A DNA stretch of 64,000 nt from the human T2T-CHM13v2.0 reference genome, Homo sapiens, in the NCBI RefSeq assembly GCF_009914755.1, contig NC_060925.1; one strand, written 5' to 3'. The position numbers and the translations under genes are program-made. Positions 55,625-64,000 of the stretch are shown here, piece after piece (within the stretch, counting starts at the first letter, position 1; each line of letters starts with the position of its first letter). Under the pieces are notes generated by a model that saw only the letters and a list, made by a program, of their open reading frames with translations, had not been told where the DNA came from and searched no databases.

Positions 55625-56884
55625 AAAACATTGGTAATTTAAACTTCTCAGATCATTATAAAGAAAAGTGAATTTTAAAATATCTTCATGAATTAAATTT
55701 CAGAGAAACAGGGTAGAAACCTGGGTACCCATTAGAAGAATAAAAGGTTTGTGACTGAGAGAAAGAGGGAGGAGTATGAATCCCTGCACATTCATGTGGA
55801 GCCCACTGGTGTTTACAAACCTATATGAAGATAAAAGTTTTCATTTTTAGGAGTTAAATTAGGAATGAGCTTAGGGTGATATTTGAAATGAAGAGAAAAG
55901 GAATTTAACATTTACCAGATTCTTCACCTAGAGTAACATGTAGAAGAATCACATACGCATCTATTAGAGGAAACATCTTTCTTTATTAGCATGCACATCA
56001 CTAATTAGGGAGATACTAACTTCAGGATAGAAGTTAATTAACTGTGAGATCAATACCTAATGCTGATTTCACTTTTTACATCTCTCTAACAACACTAAAC
56101 TAATAAAAGCATTATGTTCTTGAGTAAAACTTACTTGACCAGAACCTTAAAGTAAATAGTTTCTGAGGCTCCCATCAAGAAGGAAAAGGTGGTGGAGTTG
56201 GTAAAAGTTGGGTGTTCACCAAAACCAAGTAAAACTAAGATTATACGATATGCCAGCTTATCTGAGTTATGTAAATAATATATTCTTTAAAAATGGTCAC
56301 AAATAAGATTGTTCATTATTTCATTATATAATTTGTACATGGACTTTCAATAAAATTTATTCTGTTTATATCATGGTCAAAATTTTTTTTCCGGAGGAGA
56401 TAAATTATATCTTCCTCTTATTAAAGTTCAGAATTCCCAGGCTTAAAGTGAGCACTTTATGTTTCTTGAGGAGATTCTCATTTTTTAGTGTAAAAGATTT
56501 TGACCCAAACTTGGGGCCACATCAGAGGGAAGATGGGATATCCTTTGTGTGATACTTTTTAATCTGCTAGGTAGCAATTTTAGTTATGGGCGCTTTGTCC
56601 TAAAGGCAGTGGCAGCAGGACAGTATCTCTGTGTTGTCATTATCCAATACCAGTGTCCAAAGTGTCTATTAAAAAATATTAATGTTAGAGGCTAAGCATT
56701 AACTATCCTGAAACCGAGCATGAAATTGAAGTGTAGAACGTACTTGAAATCATTCACTCTCCTTATTTCTCTCTCTCTAAACCAAAGACTTGGCATTCTT
56801 CCCCCAAGGTACAGTATCTGTGTTTTTGTAATGACTTTTTTTGTTCCAAGCTAATTGCTTTAGAATGCTCTGCTACATTTCGCA

Positions 56885-56995
56885 TTTTTTATGGGTCTCT
56901 TGCTAGAGACTTGAGTTAATACATGAAAAACACTTAGAACACTGTCACATGTAAGCACCTAATATCTGTTTGCTATTGTTATTATAATTGTAATA
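56885..56995 (+). mobile_element. MIR 3' part
   Basis: tgagttaatacatgaaaaacacttagaaca...taagcacctaatatctgtttgctatt. Confidence 0.65.
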
Positions 56996-57682
56996 ATAAC
57001 ACTCATTGTTTTAAATTTCACTGACTAGTTTGTAATAACCTATGTAATATCGAATATGTAGCATAGGATATGTGGGGAGTTGGACACTGGAAGCGCACAG
57101 CAAAATTTAAACAAATATAAGGAATTCTGAGAACATAGTGAGTTGAGCACAGTTTGAGTCTTCCAGAATTCCCTAAAAAAATGGAGCACAGAGAAAGCAA
57201 AATCAAGGACTCACAGACATTATTTACCACAAAACTAGTTGGCAAAATCATTTGGAGAGACATCAACATAAAGACTAAAGTCTATATTAAATATCAGAAG
57301 TATGTTTACCCATAGAACCAAGATAGGTGGTGTTTTCATAGACATAGTGTGATATCTAAAACTATATACCCCAATAAGCTAACACAAGTGGGGGGAAATA
57401 GGAAATGTTCATGAAAAGTAGAATGAGCTTGCTAGTTGCCTTATAAATATATTCTAGCTACTAAACAAAGACAAAATCGAATTGAATCAAATCTTTTTTT
57501 CACAAACAATTGTGGATCAATGTATGTAGCAATGAGCACAATTGGCTGATAACCTCAGAAAATCAAAACCAACGTTACAAACATTTTTATGAAAAAGCAC
57601 ATACAAGTTGCCTTTGAAGTAGGCACTTTGAAGTAGGTATGGTTGTATGTGTTCTTTCATCAAAAAGTTTGTACCTCCTGCA

Positions 57683-58440
57683 GTTATTAGTTCAGCAAAT
57701 GATTATCAAGAACCAACATGTACCGTGCACAATTATGGGTGCTGGGTTCAGTGACTTCCAAAAGAAAATAAAACTAATCATAAGAAACCAACCTGGCATG
57801 TACAGTCACATTGAACAAGTGAGCATTAATCAAATAACCTTGCCAATAAGTGCCATATCACCTCTGTAAAACATAGAAAAGTGTATGGCACTAGGAGAAT
57901 AAATAATAGGAAGATCACACCTAGTGTGATAGAAAAATAATGAATTATCTGGAAAAAAGTTATATTTGAACTAAAATATGATTGATGAATAGGGTTTAAG
58001 GAAATATAAGCCTGGAGGAGGGGTGGAGGCAGAGAAGACTGCTTTAGACCAGAGTGGAAAGCCTGTGCGGAGGCCTTGAATGAGGAAGGAGGATGGTATG
58101 TTCCGGGATCCAGAGGACATTCAGTATATCTGGTGGGTATGAAGTAGAAAAGGGTGGGATAGGAGAAAAAGCTAGAACTTGGAAAGGTAACTGTGTAATT
58201 TATTGTTTAAACTGGATCACTTTTGAGAGTGAAAGGGAGGTACTATCAATGATTACACCAGAACAACAGGTGGCAACTGGGACTCTGAGTCAACCTAATT
58301 ATAGGCTGTGTTACAGATAGGTCTTTATGCAGAGAATGATGGAATTGTTTGGAAGGATTTTAAACAGAGGTTTACATTTTGGCTGCTGCAGTGGGGAGAG
58401 TGGATTATAATGAGACAGGCCTGCATGTGGGAAGACTATC
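57683..58440 (-). mobile_element. L2 relic interrupted by MER94
   Basis: ttagttcagcaaatgattatcaag..., agcctgtgcggaggccttga, ttggaaggattttaaacagag, ttttggctgctgcagtgg. Confidence 0.7.
58184..58297. mobile_element. MER94 (hAT-Blackjack MITE)
   Basis: taatttattgtttaaactggatcacttttgagagtgaaagggagg...attacaccagaacaacagg...gtcaaccta. Confidence 0.75.
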
Positions 58441-58704
58441 AATTAGCGTGCTTGTTTCCCAGAGACAGGCTGAAAGGCCGTTTCTGTTGCTGTGTTTTTT
58501 GTTGGTGAGCTTGTTACATACCTCTTTCTTGCATGTCGAAATTCTGGCCTAAAATCATACTAGCAGTTTCTCTTCCTTTCAATGACTGGAGTCTGAGGAA
58601 GTGCTTGCTTCTTCCAATGCCCGTATCTGAAGTACCTAGGGATAAGTTAGGACAAATAAAAAATGACTATGTTTTAATTACTATAGCATAATTTGTCTAT
58701 TTGT

Positions 58705-58757
<53 letters not shown>

Positions 58758-58768
58758 TTATCTATCTA
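58705..58768. repeat. (TCTA)n tetranucleotide STR
   Basis: (TCTA)13 TTTA (TCTA)2. Confidence 0.97.
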
Positions 58769-59119
58769 CATATATATGTGTATATATATTTACTTACTAA
58801 ATATTTAACATACTGTACTAAAATTATTAAAAATCTTATTCAATGAGCTAAACTTCTTTTAGAGAGGTGTCAGCTACACTGCAAGTATACACTTCAAAAA
58901 TACTTAGTGGGTTTGGTTTCTTAAAAAGAAATATCTTTTGTTTTAATTTTGATAGTAAAACATATTAATTAAAGAAATAAATGAATGTACGGAAATATTT
59001 TTTTAAACATAAACAACATAAAAATACCAAATGCCACATCTTTTAACCTGGCTGAAATTCATCTATATATAAAAGTTTGTATCCTGCTTTTCTTTTTAAA
59101 CTTAATGTTATATCATAAG

Positions 59120-59300
59120 TAAGTTCACCAGATTTAGCAAACAAATAAAAGTACAAGTTACCCTTTTAACTGAATCCCATATGAACAACAAATTGTTTTT
59201 TGTGTAATTATATCTTAAATATTGCATGGGAGTTACTTTGACTTTTTAATTTGGAATTCAAATTTAACTGGACATCCTGCATTTCTTTCTAGCAATGGTA
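59120..59300. mobile_element. MER53 palindromic hAT MITE
   Basis: ccagatttagcaaa...aaatattgcatggga...aattcaaatttaactggacatcctg. Confidence 0.85.
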
Positions 59301-59318
59301 CTTATAAACACTTTTCTT

Positions 59319-59621
59319 GGCCAAGTGCAGTGGCTCTTGCCATTAATCTCAGCACTTTGGGAGGCTGAGGCAGAAGGATTGCATGAGCCCAGGAGTTTCT
59401 GACAAGTCTGAGCAGCATAGAAAGACCACGTCTCTATAAAAAATTTAAATATTTGCTGGACATGCTGGTGCATGTCTGTAGTTCCAGCTACAAGCAGTTA
59501 GGGCAGTTAAGGATCACTTGAACCCAGAAGGTTGAGGCTGCAGTGAGCTGTGATCGTGCCACTACAATCCAGTCTGGGCAACACAGGGAGACCTGATCTC
59601 AAAAACAAAACAAAACAAAAC
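59319..59621 (+). mobile_element. AluJ with (AAAAC)n tail
   Basis: Dimeric Alu; TSD aaacacttttctt / aaacatttttctt. Confidence 0.93.
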
Positions 59622-60214
59622 ATTTTTCTTGTTTGTTTAATGTACTCTTAATAAACTATTATAAATATTATAACATTTTGTTAGACATTTTAATGCAGGA
59701 AAATATATCTCATTATTTAAAGAGTATCTTTGGATAGATTTCCAGAAGTAAATGTCTTCCAGGTAATCTGACAGGTAAGATTAATTATATGTATATTTGC
59801 AACTTTATTTCATAGGCACTAGTTTCCTTTCCTTTTTATTTATTTACATAGTTAGAGGGCTGACTTTGTATTAGCATTGACTAGCCAAATTTTTTTTTTT
59901 TTAGCATAGGTAATTTAGACCATTCTTCAAGAATTTATTCTTACTGGATGGTAATCCAGTTCCTTCTAAAGTCTTGCTTGAAGTCATAGATATTTCAGTG
60001 AAGGAGATTTCAGGACATGGTAAATACACATTTATATGGATTCCCTTCATTCTATTCCTGTGCTCAGGTTTTTACCAAACAACCTGTGATATATTATCCC
60101 AGCCTCACTTTTTTCTTTGTTCTCTCCTTTATTATCTGTATTATGCCTTTATATTTTGTGTTCTGCTCTTATACAGAATCTACACAATAAATGCCTATTC
60201 AGTCACTGTCTTTC

Positions 60215-60400
60215 AGACTTCCAAATGTTGGCTTTCACAATTAGCAGCCGGGTGACATTAGTCATGCTACTTTTCTTCTCTGAGCTTTGGTATCTTTATC
60301 TATAATAATTATGTAAAGGATTTTTGTCATGATAAAATGAGAACATTTTGAGGACAACACTTAATGTGTCAGTGACATAGTATATGCTCAATGTATTCCT
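60215..60400 (+). mobile_element. MIR
   Basis: ttagcagccgggtgacattagtcatgctac...ttctctgagctt...tgacatagtatatgctcaat. Confidence 0.65.
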
Positions 60401-61794
60401 GAGAGCATGTATGCAGACATGAAGACTAAGTGACTTGGGTAGTGCTTTTCAAGTCAATTGCGTGCCTCTCTCAGGTATGCAAACCTTAATGGTAATCATC
60501 AACTGGGGTCCTCCTAAATGGATTCGGATTCTTTCTAAATATGATTCTTATCCAAGACTGGACAGCAGAAGGATGAATTGATGATGACTAGACTTAGACT
60601 CTGGAATAACAACTACAGTATTACATTTAGCGTTAGCACCATTATAGTTAAGGGAAGCCTTCTTAGATAAAATGTGTTTTGTGGTGGGTAAGTAAACACA
60701 TTTGGGGGGTGGTGAAGTAAGGTATTTGTGTGGTGCAGTGGAGTTTGCAGTTGCTTATCCTCTTCAGGATGTTTCATGTTCTAGCACTGTGCCAATTGTA
60801 GTAAATGGGTCTTTTTACATAACAATGTCCTTATAACTAATAACGAATAAATCTTACTTTATCCATTACATATTCTTTTTCAAGAGTGCTGCATTTAAAA
60901 AACACTGTTACTTACATAGTATCTGAAAAGGGCCTCTCTGGTTTTGTTTTTGTTTTTTTGATTCTGTCAGTTTTCTCTCTTGTTCATGCTCTTGATGCAC
61001 ATTGAGGAGTGTCCCACCAAGACCATGGTGCTCACAAGACTTTCATGAGCCTCTGGCTTTTGGATAAAATAATAACTACAAGATTGTACCTGAGCAAAAA
61101 ATAACTTCCTGATGAACAGTCAAATGTGTAAAACTACTAAATACTTCCCTAATTACAGTGGCAGCTCAGGATTTTAGTGTTTGATCACTTTACTGTTACA
61201 GAGGTCTCATTCTCATTGACACATACTTTTCTCCATTGTTATTAAATACATATTAAATTCTTCTCAGAGTTCAATGCTAAAGAATATTAATACAGATTTT
61301 TATGAAGAATTACATATATTACCCAAAATGTTTCCTACAGCCATAAAGCTCAGAGATAATGAAGCTTTGTAGTGCAGTAGTTCATTCAAGTCAGATGCCG
61401 GGAACATGTATTTGTCAGCTTTTTAAAATGCATTTTTGTTAATGTTGAAAGTATTTTGGATGTAAAATGTTTATCTTTTCAATTTATTTTTAATTATTTT
61501 TTCATCAGTTAGTTTTGATCAGTGCTCCAGGTATAAATTCTCAATAAGCGAGTGAAATAAACCAGGTATTCCTCAAATTTTTATAACCTCCATTGATGGT
61601 TCAGTGTCTCAGTGACACCAAATGCAATTCTACCTCTTGCACTAGAGCATTTTCCTGGGGTTCGTCATATGATTTACTTGCCTCTCTCCAGACTTCTGGT
61701 TAATCCACTGCTATTCTAAGGCTTTATCACTGGGTGGCACCCTGCCACCTTATTTGGATCTTTTCTCCCTCCTGTTCTCTTTTCTTTAATATAA

Positions 61795-62030
61795 CTGCAT
61801 TGTAGTCAATAGCTGAGGTCTAAACTCCGATACCCATGTTTGGAATGCTGGCTCTGAAATATATTAATTCTCTGACAATAGACAACCTAGATAGCATCTA
61901 TTCAGCAAAATAAAGATAACAATAGTAACTAACTTATAAAAATCTTGTGAGAATTAAAACCTTTAATTTAAAATATTTAGAAGAATGTCTGGCAAATAAG
62001 AAACATCCGCTAAAATTTGTCTGTTATTTG
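61795..62030 (+). mobile_element. MIR
   Basis: aatgctggctctg...aaagataacaatagtaactaacttata...ttgtgagaattaaa...tttagaagaatgtctggca. Confidence 0.65.
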
Positions 62031-62339
62031 TATTACCATACTCAGAATATTACAGTAGAGCCTGGTTACAGTTACAAACATAAGTAAGTCATAGAATTTG
62101 AGGAACAGACAAAAAACATACAAAAATGAACAAAGGCTAATAATTATTCTGATAATAGAAGTAAAAACAAGCACTGTGGAGAGCAATTAAGTAGGATATT
62201 CAAAGCTAACTTGTGGTATTCAAATATCAATTTCCAACCATTTATCAAAAGCCTTGTAAGAACAAATGCCTGGGTTTGTTCTTTATACATATTACATCGT
62301 ATATGTCTCATAATAGCTATATAAAATAAAAAAATTTAT

Positions 62340-62482
62340 GCCCATTTTCCAGATTTAAAAAAAACTGAGCCTATTATAATAGATGTTAATAATTTGCCCA
62401 AGGTTTCTCATCCTGTAACTGGAAGACCACAGATTTAAATTCAGGTTTGCAAGTGGACAACCACAGATTTAAATTCAGGTTT
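62340..62482 (-). mobile_element. MIR core with a 34-bp tandem duplication
   Basis: cccattttccagat...aaactgag...aatttgcccaaggt...agatttaaattcagg. Confidence 0.7.
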
Positions 62483-63354
62483 ATTTTAAAGCACTTTCTA
62501 CTGTGCTCTTCCTTCTCTGTCATCTGTCTATATTTTTTATCTCAGCTGTTACTGGTTAAAATTTTAATACCTACCTCTCCATATTGTTCCTATATTCTGG
62601 AAGGGATTGAGTTGCCTGTGACACCTAATAAGAAAATCATAAACATGCCTGCAGATTAAGCCTCCTCTCATTTCTGAGATGAACGCTGAGCCGACAGAGC
62701 TGCCAGTCTCTCATTTAACTTCTCACAATTCCTGCAACATTCCCCTCCTCTCTGACAGTTGTATCAGCATTTCTGCTGCTGCTTGTGCTGATAAAGCCCC
62801 CAGAACACACACACACCAACTAGAAATAACTTGGTGACACATTCACTAGGGGATTCCTTTGTAAAGAAAGTCCGGACTGGGAGGAAAGTGTCCTGCAGAT
62901 TGCTCCACTACTTCACAGATGAACTGGATCGTTCAAATGTAGTTTTAGAGAAGTGGGGGCAAATTTTTTCACCTGAACTGTGTGGAGCAATCGAGTATTC
63001 CCAAGAATCTGTTACTAAAAGAAGTGAGTTTCAATGACAGTGAAAATATAAGGTAACAAAGTTGTATTTTTTTTCTTACACAAGATTTTGACCTGATAAC
63101 ATAAAATAAGAAAATCAGAAAGTATAAATGGTAGGATAAGTTGAAGAAGGAGTTCAACCTTCAAGAATTGTGTGCACTTGCTCATCATCTTTCAATATCT
63201 TTCCTAATGTAGAATGTTGCTCAAATATTCTCTTCACTATTTTTTCAGGATGTAGATAAAAACAGAAGTAGCTTTATGTATAAATGTGGTGACTCTACAT
63301 GGTGTGATTGCAAATGTCCAAGAAGCCCTACCTTCGTGTTAGCAGTAACATTAA

Positions 63355-63540
63355 ATACACATGTGCACACATGCATACACTCACATACACACACCACCCT
63401 CATGCCCCACACTCTGCAAAAGCAGATACCCCCAACACACACACACACACACACACACAATCTTTATACATCACATCCTCCAAACACACATACACATGAG
63501 TACATAGACAAACCATGCCCTCACACACTCCAAACAAACA
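63355..63540. repeat. CA-rich low-complexity tract including (CA)n
   Basis: Directly visible; source of the HT/VC-rich ORFs. Confidence 0.85.
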
Positions 63541-64000
63541 CTTGGCTATCTCTTCCACCAGATGAAAGGGCAAGGGATAGAGGATCTGAAAGGATATGAA
63601 TGAAATTTGCTGAGAACTGAGATTCCACTGTAGGGGCTTTCGTACAAACTTGCTGTTTTTCACTTTGGTACAGTTAAATTCAAAGTTACTTGGAAATACA
63701 TCGTATTTGAAATGGCTATTGGTTAGATATTCTTTAATGTGAATATGCTTCTGATCATTTCTTAAGAACAGGTTTTGATAGACAAACTGCACATTCTGAG
63801 GGCCTAAGGCTAAAGGGAAAATAAAAAGAGGGCAAAGAGAGAATGCTGAGGTGCCGCAGACAAACTCGGCTAACAGTGATTTGTCCTGAGGTCAGTGCTG
63901 AATGAAAACCTGCAGACACCACTGAGAGCTGTCCATAGGAAGGAACAAAAGGTTATAGAGAATACTGTAGTTAAAGAGTATATTTCTCTACTTACACCAA

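Noticed and set aside
59699-59780. Possible 76-nt exon (taatgcag|G ... CAG|GTAAGA) and isolated GG|GTAAGT donors near 680 and 60688
   Set aside because: Weak or absent polypyrimidine tracts; isolated donor matches are expected by chance.

Overview
AT-rich, CpG-poor primate (human/ape-like) non-coding DNA, either intergenic or deep intronic. No protein-coding exon, RNA gene or CpG-island promoter can be supported, and the host locus cannot be named from sequence alone. Much of the window is interspersed repeat: a ~7.5 kb near-full-length but dead L1MA (14185-21683, minus); a 5'-inverted (twin-primed) L1 at 42215-45092; several L1MA 3' ends; 10 dimeric or partial Alus (J, S, Y) plus FAM and FLAM monomers; three THE1 and four MLT2 solo LTRs; MER34-like and MER90-like ERV1 LTRs; DNA-transposon MITEs (MER33, MER46C, MER53, MER94); many L2/MIR relics; and microsatellites. 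All recognisable ORF-track entries are L1 ORF1/ORF2 remnants or Alu/LTR/microsatellite artefacts. I found no evidence for a new biological system. The best second-look items are a perfect 24-bp double-YY1 palindrome at the start of an ERV1 LTR, a (GGAA)12 microsatellite, a cluster of CGTG (AHR/HIF-type) cores and the L1 rearrangements. Subfamily names come from recalled consensus sequences, and boundaries of old elements are approximate.
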